Assembly: GCA_963745715.1 (NCBI GenBank) | Contig: CAVUYN010000002.1 | Span: 39,751 to 103,750 of the forward strand | Source: an uncultured Acidobacteriota bacterium | Lineage (GTDB): Bacteria > Acidobacteriota > Terriglobia > Terriglobales > Acidobacteriaceae | Direction of reading: 5' to 3' | DNA: 64,000 nucleotides | Part shown: piece after piece, positions 18,464 to 27,938 of the stretch | Layout of the letters: every line of letters begins with the position of its first letter | How positions within the stretch are numbered: the first letter of the stretch is position 1 | The notes under the pieces: generated by a model | Told to the model about the DNA's origin: nothing | What the model saw: the letters and a program-made list of their open reading frames with translations, nothing else | Databases searched by the model: none | Position numbers and translations under genes: made by a program

Positions 18464-21086
18464 TGAGTTTGCGGCGCCGAATGAGTCAAACTCCTGCCGA
18501 GCAATATCTGCGGAAGGAACGGCCCATTATGGCCCATCGTCAACAACGTGCCAAGATCAAAGCCCATGAAGCCGGTATTGCTGGCCACAACGATTCGGTC
18601 AGGCTCGCCGTACGCGTAAATCAGGCCCGGTGCGGAGTTAGCTGTGAGAGCGTCTGCCGACTGCCGTTGCTGCGGAGTCAAAGCGCCGCTGGCTTTGAGT
18701 TGTTCGACCAGTGGGCCCACGACGGGACCGATGTTGTGATAGAAAATCGCCGAGAAGTTGGTGTACCCATCGCTCGGCAGAAGCGCCTGGAAAGTTGAAG
18801 AATGCGTCAGCGTGTAAGCCGGTCTCACGCGATTGAATTGCCCGCGAGATCGTGGCCACATCCGGCGCAGCGATCAGAGTAGTTGTCGACGAAGGTGTAG
18901 TCGACTTCAGAATTCGGCTGGTTCGGACTGCTGATGACGAAGTAGGTCCGCGATCCGACTTGCCGCTGGGTCAACTGCAGCGAGTGGCCACGGGCACCAG
19001 CCTCTCGATTGAAACTATCGACCAGCTTCGAGATGGTCGCTTGCAGAGTTGCCGGGTCGTACACTTCGAAAATCAGCTTCCAGCGCGGCGTCGGCACCAT
19101 CGCGCCGTCGAAGGCCATCGTAACTTCCCCGCCGAGCGGAGCCGTGATGTCGTTGAGAACATTCACGCCAGTTTTGGACTCGAACTCGCTGAGGTGCTGG
19201 GAGAAGTTCGCATCGCCGCTCTCGATCATCTGGAATATTTCTTCCATGATACTTCTCGGGTTCTTGACTACTGCAGAGGTCACCATACTGGCATCGGGCG
19301 AAACGAAATCCAAAGACCCCATGGAGGCAGGTTCACCGAGCCACGATGCCACGCCTTGCCTTTGCGAACCGAACGTCAGGTCGGCGCGGGTCTCGGGCTT
19401 GCTGCCCACTTCACGATGCTCCATCGTCAGGAATCGCACTTCCCCGATGCCCGGCGGCAGATCGTGATTGCTGCTACCGGTTTGTACGTTCTGCCGAACA
19501 ATTTGTTCCATGTCGGCGCAGAAAAGCCACTCGGCTCCCTGCTCATAGGAGTGGGCAATTTGCTGGTAGAACGGTTTTGCGGCAAACTGGCTGCTGGCGC
19601 CTTGCTTCGCTCGCATGGCCGCGTGCTGGAGTTCCGCCAGATCCGGGCTGGCGATCATCAGGTCGTTGCTGACATAAACCAGTAGTGGCTTGTTCGGCGC
19701 GGGTACCACCGACCAAGGATCGCGAACGGTTTGCAGCACCATTTGGGCCTGGCCCGAACTGAGTCGCCGGTTTTCCGTTTGCAAAAAGCCTTCCAAGCCA
19801 GATTTCTGCACTCTGGCAAGCACAATCGGCGCCGTATAAGTCGAGCCTTCCTTGCCCACGGCGAAAACGACCTCATTTCCGAGGTAGCCGCTAAACGTTT
19901 TCACCCGATCGAGCACATCTTCGAGCTTCGGTCCATTTCCTTTTTGCTGTTGCTTCCACCAACTACGCAGTTCCGGACTCTGCTGCAGGCGATCCTGGAA
20001 GAGGCGGGTGGCCTCCCCTAAGGTGTTCGCGAGATTGGGAATTGCTGCATAAACCACTGTGTTATCGGGAACGTAAGGAAGAAGATCGGAGTTGTAGCGC
20101 AACCCGGGTCCGGGAATCGCCGCAAACTGTTTTTGCAGGACTGCGAAATCGCCGAGCAGTGCAAGATATTTCGCAGCATCCCGGCTCCACGCGATTTCGT
20201 TCTTGATGGGGACCTTCGAGACACTGGCGCTGGAAGTCGTTTCCTCTCCCGCATGCAATTCGGTTGTGCGTTCCCCGTAATCGACCCGGACCACGCCCTC
20301 AATGACGGCCACGCGCGATCCCTTGGTTCCACGGTTTACAGAAAAGATGGTTCCTTTCACTGAAACCAGTCCGTCATCGGTAGCGACATAGAGGCGCCCG
20401 GAACGCTGCTTTGCGGCCTGAACAATGACTTGACCGCCGTCCAGGTGAATCGTGGTGCCTTTCCAGGCTCGCGAGACAGAAACGTCGGAGCGTTCTCCCA
20501 TCTCGACTAGAGATCCATCGAGCAGGCGTATCACCGCTGTCGATCCTTTCGCGGTGCGGACTTCGTCGGCATTTCGGACTTGATAGCCTGCGCGAATTAA
20601 TCGCGACTCGACCCCAGATCCTGCATAGAGGGAGCCATCTACGCTTTGAACCGAAGCGCGTATCGGATGCTGTCCGGGAAGTATTCCGTTAGAGAAAGCG
20701 AGTACGCCGACTGCGACGGCGGCCGTAGCAGCCAGGCCCATCGCCCAGCGCCACGCGATGGCATGTGAAGGTTTCCTTTCTAACCGGAATACCCTTTGCG
20801 GTTCTCCGTCGCGCGCGTGCTCCAGAGCATGGCGACAGGCGACACAGGAATGAACGTGATCCTCAAACAACAGGGCGCGAGCTGACTGGAGTTGCTTGCT
20901 CGTATACGCCGGGATCAATGCCTGAAAATCTTCGCAGCTTCGAAGGGTGTGCGTCGTGATGTCCAATGCCGCGGTTGTTCCGGCAACTGATTTCCAGACC
21001 CGCTCACTTGCTTCGGAGACGACCTTGTCATCCATATGCTCATTCCGAATATTTGAAAGCAAGCGGTCAAACTTATCGTTTTTCAT
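18460..21086 (-). pseudogene. zf-HC2 anti-sigma / FecR-domain membrane protein with a large C-terminal domain, interrupted by two extra bases (near 18868 and 18817)
   Basis: N-terminal HVHSCVACRH zinc-finger anti-sigma motif, then one TM and a FecR-like segment. Frame X ends ...DYTFVDNYSDRC..*. Frame Y reads LIAAPDVATISRAIQSRETG. Frame Z reads YTLTHSSTFQALLPSDGY... through to the stop at 18460. The span is 2627 nt, which is 3n+2. Confidence 0.65.
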
Positions 21087-21634
21087 GATCTGTCTCCTAG
21101 ATATGGACGGAGTTCCTTGCGTAGCTGTTGACGAGTGCGGTGGACGATGACTGCAACCAATACCTGCGAGATACTCAAAGCCCGTGCGATTTCAGAATTG
21201 CTAAAGCCCTCAAGGAAGCGCAGGGCAAAGATTTCGGCCGGCCGAGGCTTTAGTTGAGCCAGTGCTCGGGCCAAGGCCTGCCGCAACGCACCATCGTTGG
21301 GCGCAATTTCCGCGGACTGTTCCTGGAGTTCGACAGTGCGATCCGATTGTCGCGCCCGGATCACATCCAAGGCGGCATTGATCGCAGCCCGTCGCAGGTA
21401 ACTCTCCTCATTCTCGAGAACATCGGCTGCAGATTTCCGGCGGAACAGGCGGAAAAATACCGTTTGCGACACATCCTCAGCGTCCGCCGCGTTGCCCGTG
21501 ATGCGATACGCGGTGCGGAATACCAGGCCATGATGTGCCCGAAAAACTCGTTCGAATTCGCCTGGAATGACGATCGCGGGTTCCTCTGCCAGTGCGCTAC
21601 GCAGGTTACGCCTCCAGTTGTTCCCTTTACACAA
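21083..21634 (-). CDS. ECF (sigma-70 group 4) RNA polymerase sigma factor
   Basis: Region 2 (DAEDVSQTVFFRLF) and region 4 (FSNSEIARALSISQVLVAVIVHRTRQQLR). The stop overlaps the anti-sigma start (ATGA). Confidence 0.85.
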   Translation of the reverse strand: MCKGNNWRRNLRSALAEEPAIVIPGEFERVFRAHHGLVFRTAYRITGNAADAEDVSQTVFFRLFRRKSAADVLENEESYLRRAAINAALDVIRARQSDRTVELQEQSAEIAPNDGALRQALARALAQLKPRPAEIFALRFLEGFSNSEIARALSISQVLVAVIVHRTRQQLRKELRPYLGDRS

Positions 21635-21843
21635 CTAAAGACGGGTGCACGGAGTTCGTTATTACACAGCGGCACTTATTTTGATCGTCTCAAGGTCCAT
21701 CTCCTAAGTTCTGGCAGACAATGGAAGTCTTGATGAGTTGATTCAACTTTAATCATATCAATAGGTTGCGTCGAGTCCGCGGATCCCCGGAGCCGTGGTG
21801 TAGGTCGATCTTGAGCCTCGGGCAACTTGAAATATCTTTGTAG

Positions 21844-21861
21844 CAACTAACAAATTAGTTG
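21844..21861. promoter_or_regulatory. perfect dyad CAACTAA-caaa-TTAGTTG; candidate BlaI-family operator
   Basis: The inverted repeat was read directly. It lies just upstream of, or overlapping, the blaI-like 5' end. A near-identical dyad occurs at 23752. Confidence 0.5.
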
Positions 21862-21912
21862 ACGTTTTTTACCCCGCTACGTCTCACTACAGAAGCTGAC
21901 TTTGGAGGACCC

Positions 21913-22290
21913 TTGGCCCGCAGCCGATCCGCAACCCTGACCGAAGCTGAATTGCGCATCATGAATGTGCTGTGGGAGAAGGGTTCGGCCACCGTGCATG
22001 AAGTTCTTCAGGCTTTGTCTACAAAGCCGCCTTTGGCATACAACTCCGTCCTTACTATCATTCGCATTCTGGAAACGAAGGGGTACGTGAGGCATTTGAA
22101 GGATAAGCGCGCTCACGTCTATATGCCGAAGGTAGATCGGAAAGACGCGACGCGGTTCGAGGTACGACACCTGGTGAGTCGGTTCTTCGGCGACTCCCAT
22201 GAACAACTGGTGCTGAATATTTTGGAAGAGAAGAGCATCGACGTAGGCGAGTTAGAGCGGCTTCGGCAATTGCTGGAAAGGAGCAAATAA
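21913..22290 (+). CDS. BlaI/MecI/CopY family transcriptional repressor
   Basis: Winged-helix N-terminus LTEAELRIMNVLWEKGSATVHEV. The start is uncertain. TTG 21913 has TGGAGGA just upstream, whereas the ORF-track TTG 21859 lies inside the dyad. Confidence 0.75.
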   Translation: MARSRSATLTEAELRIMNVLWEKGSATVHEVLQALSTKPPLAYNSVLTIIRILETKGYVRHLKDKRAHVYMPKVDRKDATRFEVRHLVSRFFGDSHEQLVLNILEEKSIDVGELERLRQLLERSK

Positions 22291-22299
22291 AGAGCGCTC

Positions 22300-23712
22300 A
22301 TGACTCCAGCATTGCACCTGCACGCGATTGCTCAATTTTCAGCCCTCCGAATCGTGGATTCCGTGATCGAGGGGACTCTGATCGGTGTTTTCGCCGCTAT
22401 TCTGCTGCGCGTCGCCCGGAGACAGAGTGCAGGCGCAAGATTCGCCGCGTGGTTTTCTGCGCTGATGAGCATTGTCGTCCTGCCCTTCGTTAGGAGCGGG
22501 TTATGGCTGCACAGCGGCACGGCCGCTACCAGCCGGCAGCCCGCAATCACCGTGCCCGATTCGTGGGCTGTCTATCTTTTCGCGATTTGGGCGGTCGTCG
22601 CAGTCTGGTCCTTAGTGGGTGTTGGCAGGGCTGTATGGCATCTGCGCATGCTGCGAAAGAGCTGCGTTCCGATCGATGTTGCCACCCTCGACTCTGTTTT
22701 GCGGGAAACGTTTCGGCGCTACCCGATGAAACGGTCGGTCGCGCTGTGCACATCGGAGCAGGTCCGTGTTCCTACCGCGATCGGACTCGTAAAACCGGCT
22801 GTGGTCATGCCTCGTTGGGTGATGGAGGAACTCACTCCGGTGGAACTCAACCAGATTGTCCTGCACGAACTTGCGCACCTGCGTCGCTGGGACGACTGGA
22901 CTAATCTCGCCCAGCAATTGGTAAAGGCGTTTTTTTTCTTTCATCCGGCGGTGTGGTGGATTGAGAGAAAGCTGGCGCTGGAACGTGAAATGGCATGCGA
23001 CGATGCCGTGGTCGCGGAGACCGCAAGTCCGCGGGCGTACGCAGAATGCCTGGCGCATCTAGCCGAAAGAAGCTTCGTTCAGCGCGGCCTTGCTCTTGCG
23101 CAAGCGGCCTTAGGACGGGTCCGCCAAATTTCCTTCCGGGTGGCACAAATTCTGGATGCGAATCGACCGACGGAGCGAGCGCGTAATTGGAAGCCCGCCG
23201 CGTTGCTCATTACAGGATTCGCGATCGTATGCGCCGTGTTCGGGGCCAGTATGCCCCAACTCATTGGCTTCCAGAACGGGGAGCCAGTTCGGGTCTCGGG
23301 ATCGACGCTCGCGACGAGTTCTCCGCATATCATTTCGCCGACGGTCATCAGCGAACGTGGTTCCGAAGTTCCTTCTCACCGTATCGTCAGTACAACAGCG
23401 GCCACGTCGCAAGCTCCGCGGATTGTGCAAGCGAGGTTGAATGCACGAACAGGCCATCGCAACCTCCCGGTTCAGGAGCAGCGGGTTGCATTACGACACG
23501 ACCAGAAACCGCAAACGAGTGGCATGGTTCACTTGGCCAGCGGGGAGCGGACGACCCCGGCCCCGATCACTGAAACGGTATTTGTGTTGATTGAAAGCAG
23601 ACCAAGCGGCTCGCCCGAGCAGCAGGGTTATAGGATTCAGATGTGGCGCCTGACAGTTCTGCGCCAGGTAGTGGATCCAACCGGCACCCAACCTCCTCGA
23701 AAGCAGACATAA
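22300..23712 (+). CDS. M56 family metallopeptidase / BlaR1-like signal transducer
   Basis: Multi-TM N-terminus with the HELAHLRRWD zinc motif (HExxH). It sits immediately downstream of the blaI-like gene. Confidence 0.8.
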   Translation: MTPALHLHAIAQFSALRIVDSVIEGTLIGVFAAILLRVARRQSAGARFAAWFSALMSIVVLPFVRSGLWLHSGTAATSRQPAITVPDSWAVYLFAIWAVVAVWSLVGVGRAVWHLRMLRKSCVPIDVATLDSVLRETFRRYPMKRSVALCTSEQVRVPTAIGLVKPAVVMPRWVMEELTPVELNQIVLHELAHLRRWDDWTNLAQQLVKAFFFFHPAVWWIERKLALEREMACDDAVVAETASPRAYAECLAHLAERSFVQRGLALAQAALGRVRQISFRVAQILDANRPTERARNWKPAALLITGFAIVCAVFGASMPQLIGFQNGEPVRVSGSTLATSSPHIISPTVISERGSEVPSHRIVSTTAATSQAPRIVQARLNARTGHRNLPVQEQRVALRHDQKPQTSGMVHLASGERTTPAPITETVFVLIESRPSGSPEQQGYRIQMWRLTVLRQVVDPTGTQPPRKQT

Positions 23713-23751
23713 GGCGTGCAGTGGTGCGGTGGGTAGAAGTTCAGCAATTGA

Positions 23752-23767
23752 AACTAACGAATTAGTT
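23752..23767. promoter_or_regulatory. dyad AACTAA-cgaa-TTAGTT; second candidate BlaI-family operator
   Basis: A perfect inverted repeat about 30 nt upstream of the degQ-like ATG. It has the same half-sites and 4-nt spacer as the dyad at 21844. Confidence 0.5.
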
Positions 23768-23796
23768 GTTAAACAAATCTGGAAAGGATGTAACCG

Positions 23797-25338
23797 ATGA
23801 CAACGCTGTGGAAAGACAATCTTAAGAAATGGACCCGGCGACTGGCAATGCCATTGATTGCAATGGCGCTCGTCGCCTCGCTAGTAACCTATGAATTCGC
23901 GAAGCCGCCGGCGGCAAGCGCAGCCAATGCCGCTCCTGCTGCCGGGCCGCTCGATGTTGATAGCGTCAGCGCACTGCTTGCCGTTGATAAAGCGATGGAG
24001 ACCTTGGCCGCCCGGGTCACGCCCGCCGTCGTCAACGTTACCGTAACCTCACGAACGAAAGCAGAAGCGTCCGGCAGGGAAATGCCCGAGGACATGCAAC
24101 AGTTCTTCGGCCAGTCCAGTCCGTTCGGCCAATACTTTGGGCCCCATATGCAGCGCCCGCCGCAAATTGAGCATGGCATGGGCAGCGGAGTCGTGATTTC
24201 TCCTGACGGATACATTGTCACCAACAACCACGTGGTCGACGGGGCCGTGGATATCCGCGTGACGACCAGTAATCGTAAGGTGATGAAAGCCAAACTCGTT
24301 GGGACGGACCCTCTGACGGACCTTGCCGTCCTCAAAGTGAACGAAACGGACTTAGCGAGTGCTCCGTGGGGCGACTCGAAGGCAGTCCGACCTGGGCAAA
24401 CTGTGTTGGCCTTCGGCAATCCTTATGGATTTCGCTTCACAGTCACTCGCGGGATCGTGAGCGCAGTGAACCGCGCGAATCCCGATCCCACCAATCCCAG
24501 CAAGCCGGGCGAATTTATTCAGACGGATGCGGCCATCAATCCCGGTAATTCCGGCGGACCGCTCGTCGATGCCCGTGGAGAAGTCGTCGGCATCAACACG
24601 TTCCTGGTTTCTCCCTCGGGCACGTTCTCAGGAATGGGATTTGCCATTCCCTCGCAGATCGTGCGGCCAACCGTGGAGAATCTCATCCGCTATGGAAAAG
24701 TGAGCCATGGCCACATCGGAATTGGGATTGCTGATGTCACTCCCGAAAACGCAAAATTCTTCGACCAGTCAACCGCCGCGGGAGGAGTGGTCACGCAAGT
24801 CGACGCGGACTCCCCGGGTGCCAACGCCGGATTGCAGGTCGGAGACGTAATCACCGAAATCGACGGCCAGAAAGTCAGCGACGCAGGTGAACTACAGGTC
24901 CTTGTCGGGCAGAAGCAGCCCGGCACCAAGATCAACCTGACTGTTCTTCGCGACGGCAAGAGAATGAACGTCCCGGTCACCTTGGAAGAACTTGGCAGCC
25001 GGCCAGGTGAAGACACCGCCACCCCGGGAAAGGGTGAAGGAAAAATGCGTTGGGGGATTGGTCTCGGCAATCTCACACCAGAGATGCGAGATCAGCTCCA
25101 GGTGCCGCGCGATATTCATGGAGCCGTGATCGAGCAGGTGCAACCGGGCAGCCCTGCGGATAACGCCGGACTGCAACAGGGAGACATCATCCTGGAGGTG
25201 AACCGTCATAAAGTCCAAAGCGCCAGCGACGTGCAGCAAGCCCTGTCGAACGTTGCCAAGGGGCAAGATGCACTGTTACTCGTACGATCCAACGGCGGCA
25301 ATACCTTCCGGGTCCTGCATTCTTCTGAAGGAGCCTAG
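23797..25338 (+). CDS. Do/DegQ/HtrA family periplasmic serine endoprotease (trypsin domain plus 2 PDZ)
   Basis: Catalytic motifs TNNHVV and GNSGGPL, followed by two PDZ-like segments. There is an N-terminal signal/anchor. Confidence 0.9.
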   Translation: MTTLWKDNLKKWTRRLAMPLIAMALVASLVTYEFAKPPAASAANAAPAAGPLDVDSVSALLAVDKAMETLAARVTPAVVNVTVTSRTKAEASGREMPEDMQQFFGQSSPFGQYFGPHMQRPPQIEHGMGSGVVISPDGYIVTNNHVVDGAVDIRVTTSNRKVMKAKLVGTDPLTDLAVLKVNETDLASAPWGDSKAVRPGQTVLAFGNPYGFRFTVTRGIVSAVNRANPDPTNPSKPGEFIQTDAAINPGNSGGPLVDARGEVVGINTFLVSPSGTFSGMGFAIPSQIVRPTVENLIRYGKVSHGHIGIGIADVTPENAKFFDQSTAAGGVVTQVDADSPGANAGLQVGDVITEIDGQKVSDAGELQVLVGQKQPGTKINLTVLRDGKRMNVPVTLEELGSRPGEDTATPGKGEGKMRWGIGLGNLTPEMRDQLQVPRDIHGAVIEQVQPGSPADNAGLQQGDIILEVNRHKVQSASDVQQALSNVAKGQDALLLVRSNGGNTFRVLHSSEGA

Positions 25339-25431
25339 TCGGGTTCATGCCGCGCTCTTCCAACACTGGGTGAGCGCGGCGTGTGGTCCGTCTCGTAGGC
25401 ATTGAATATACTTTTGCAGTGGGGGCTCCCG

Positions 25432-25773
25432 ATGAGGTCCAAAGTGAAAACATTTCTACGCAGCCTCGCTGTGTCTTCCTCTCTATTTCTAACCGTTCCG
25501 AGCGCGCTGGCCCAAACTCCAACGAATGACTCAACCCTGACGACCAATCCTGTCTTCCAGAAAAACTGCGCGAAGTGTCACGGAAAAACGGCCGAGGGGC
25601 GGCATTTCGGTGGACCATCGCTTCGATCCGAAAAAGCGACTGCGACGCCTGCAGAGGAACTGGGAAACATCATTAAGAACGGCAAGGGACGAATGCCGAA
25701 GTACGCTAGCAAATTAACGCCGGAAGAAATCGATGCGCTGGTGCAGCAAATCAAAGCTGGAAGCCCCAAATAA
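25432..25773 (+). CDS. small c-type cytochrome
   Basis: Signal peptide, the haem-binding motif CAKCHG, and a distal GKGRMP Met ligand. Confidence 0.75.
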   Translation: MRSKVKTFLRSLAVSSSLFLTVPSALAQTPTNDSTLTTNPVFQKNCAKCHGKTAEGRHFGGPSLRSEKATATPAEELGNIIKNGKGRMPKYASKLTPEEIDALVQQIKAGSPK

Positions 25774-25780
25774 ACGGGGC

Positions 25781-27181
25781 CTACCGTCCCTGGGGTCGCG
25801 CGGGCGAGGACTGAACTCTTAAATAGCGGGCGGCAAATGTCAGAAATGCCGGCCAGTTTGGTGCGGGCGTGTGTCCGCCACTATGTTGGCGAAAGGCTAT
25901 GTCCCCACTAACCAACGCGGTCTCAATCGGCGGAAACTCGACCGTTCCAAGATCCTTCTTACCCAAGAGCCTGTAAACGGGCCCGGCGCCGACCCCTGCC
26001 AGGAACATTCCTTTTGCGTCGACCCAGCCATCTCCATTTGTCGCACCGGCGCCGATAAATATCGGACGGGGCGCGCAAAGGGCGATCAACTCGTGAGCAT
26101 CGACTGGCAGATCATTCTCAGTCAGTGATCCCGCATATTTCAGAAAATTGCCGGCCATCCAGTGATACTCACCGGCCCCGGCCACATTTCCGATCTGCTC
26201 GCCAAAGTTGCGCCGGAAAAGCTTGGCTCCCGCTTCACCTGAGGAACTGATATATGCGACGGCAAACCGTTGATCGTATGCCATCGCAACTAGCGCCGCC
26301 TTGCCGTAACGAGAGTGTCCAGCAAGGCCGACCTGCTTCGAATCGACCGTCTTGTCAGTTTCGAAGTAGTCAAGGATGCGGCTGGCGCCCCACGCCCACG
26401 CTCGCAGTGCGCCCCAGTCGTCGAGTTGGCGGGGCTGGCCCCTGTTCAGCAGCCCAATCACTCCTGCCGTAAGTCCTTCGCCGTTATCGGGTTGGACGCT
26501 GGTTGGGATATAGGTTGCGTAGCCCCATCCCCTGGCCAGAACTTGCTGCTGCCACGTCGGGCCGGAGTCCGAGGAGTCCATCGTCGGAAAGCGTTTCACC
26601 AGAGCAGCGAATACCTCCGGACTCAAACTAAGTTCCATGATGATTGGCACGGGCGCGGTCGCGTCCGCTGGCGTTGTCAATGTCAGATCGATGTCGACCG
26701 ATATGAGTGGGTACTTGGAGTTTTCTACGTGTCCCTTCAATTTCTTTGTGAGCACCGGCACTTCGCCATTTTTTTCTTTTTTCGTACTGATTAACTCCCA
26801 ATCCACGTGGGGAGTGTTCTTCGGTACCCGGCCATAGACTTCCCGGTCGAACTCTTCTACGAGCTCGGGACGTCGTTGTTCCCACCACATCTTCGCAGTC
26901 GTGATTTTCGTGCCGTTCGCTAACACCAATGGATCAGGAAGTGTTGAATATGGACTGGCCTTCGCCTCGCTGTAGTTTGCGGCGAACGGCGACATAGGGT
27001 CCCCATCTGCACCACGCCGTAGAGTCGTGATATGTAGTTGATCCATGAGGCGATTGTGATCCTGCTCGGACGTGAGGTGAGCAGGTTCATTCGGTTCAGC
27101 TGCTTTTGCTTGTGCGACCGAATGGAGTCGGCAGACGGGAATAATTAGCGACAAGCAAACCGCGGGGAACATTTTCCTCAT
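25781..27181 (-). CDS. secreted alpha/beta hydrolase, glucuronoyl-esterase (CE15)-like
   Basis: The signal peptide begins at ATG 27181 (MRKMFPAV...). The nucleophile-elbow region LAGHSRYGKAAL resembles the CE15 G-C/H-S-R-x-G-K motif. Confidence 0.55.
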   Translation of the reverse strand: MRKMFPAVCLSLIIPVCRLHSVAQAKAAEPNEPAHLTSEQDHNRLMDQLHITTLRRGADGDPMSPFAANYSEAKASPYSTLPDPLVLANGTKITTAKMWWEQRRPELVEEFDREVYGRVPKNTPHVDWELISTKKEKNGEVPVLTKKLKGHVENSKYPLISVDIDLTLTTPADATAPVPIIMELSLSPEVFAALVKRFPTMDSSDSGPTWQQQVLARGWGYATYIPTSVQPDNGEGLTAGVIGLLNRGQPRQLDDWGALRAWAWGASRILDYFETDKTVDSKQVGLAGHSRYGKAALVAMAYDQRFAVAYISSSGEAGAKLFRRNFGEQIGNVAGAGEYHWMAGNFLKYAGSLTENDLPVDAHELIALCAPRPIFIGAGATNGDGWVDAKGMFLAGVGAGPVYRLLGKKDLGTVEFPPIETALVSGDIAFRQHSGGHTPAPNWPAFLTFAARYLRVQSSPARPQGR

Positions 27182-27273
27182 TGGTCGCCCTTTTAACTTT
27201 GAGCAGGTAAGGATGCAGGCTAGCACATTGCTGCTGAGACGATTTTGCGAGCGCTCATTTTACCGGTGTTGAC

Positions 27274-27306
27274 CCAAAACAAAAGTCCCGGCATGTCGCC
27301 GGGACT
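27274..27306 (-). terminator. rho-independent terminator
   Basis: On the minus strand: AGTCCCGGC-gacat-GCCGGGACT followed by TTTTGTTTTGG. Confidence 0.65.
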
Positions 27307-27326
27307 CTTGTACGTCTTGGCAGAAA

Positions 27327-27532
27327 TTACGACGCGCGACGCTGCTGGTCCAGGTTCTCGTTCTCGTCTTCATCCTGGCCCTGACCACCCTTTTTCTGTC
27401 CGGGCTGTCCGCTCTGTTGATTACCCTGACCGGCTGGCCTTTTTGGCCCTGTTGTCCGGGTTGGTTACCCTGACCCGATTGCCCACTCTGTTGACCGTCC
27501 TGCTGGCGGTTTTTCTCCATATCGTCTGCCAT
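27327..27532 (-). pseudogene. small Gln/Gly-rich acidic-tailed protein with an apparent 1-nt deletion near 27431-27434
   Basis: GGGAGG precedes the ATG at 27532. The sequence MADDMEKNRQQDGQQSGQSGQGNQPGQQGQKGQ then shifts frame. The alternative frame continues GQGNQQSGQPGQKKGGQGQDEDENENLDQQRRAS* and stops about 20 nt before the terminator. The uncorrected frame reads through the terminator hairpin. Confidence 0.45.
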
Positions 27533-27643
27533 AGTAGTCCTCCCTTTGAGGTGTGCGACTTGGCACACCTTTGTAGACTGCCTGAGCTTAGTTGCCGCGA
27601 CTTCCGCGAAGGTTGGGACGAATGGCGAGAATGCTGGATGCGA

Positions 27644-27916
27644 TCAGAACAAGTGTTGCAACTCAGGAATCTCGGAAACTTGGATCGACGGAGTAGGGGG
27701 AGGAGCGGCCATTTTAAGTCGCTGTAGTTCTTCCTGGGTCTTTTCCCAATCGGATGCGCGTCGTTTAGTTGCGATGGGAGCGTTCGGATCGCTGTAGAAC
27801 GCTAAGATGTTCTCGCGCAACTCGGGCGTGATCTGCGCAAAGTTGTCATGCGCTAACTGGTCGAGCAAACGCGCATATGCTTTGTCGGTAAGAACGTATT
27901 CACCCGCGTGGGTCAT
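27644..27916 (-). CDS. hypothetical protein (90 aa)
   Basis: Co-oriented with, and 22 nt downstream of, the PLC-like gene. The composition is protein-like, but I recognise no family. Confidence 0.4.
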   Translation of the reverse strand: MTHAGEYVLTDKAYARLLDQLAHDNFAQITPELRENILAFYSDPNAPIATKRRASDWEKTQEELQRLKMAAPPPTPSIQVSEIPELQHLF

Positions 27917-27938
27917 GCGGCCAGTGTCGAAGTCCGTA

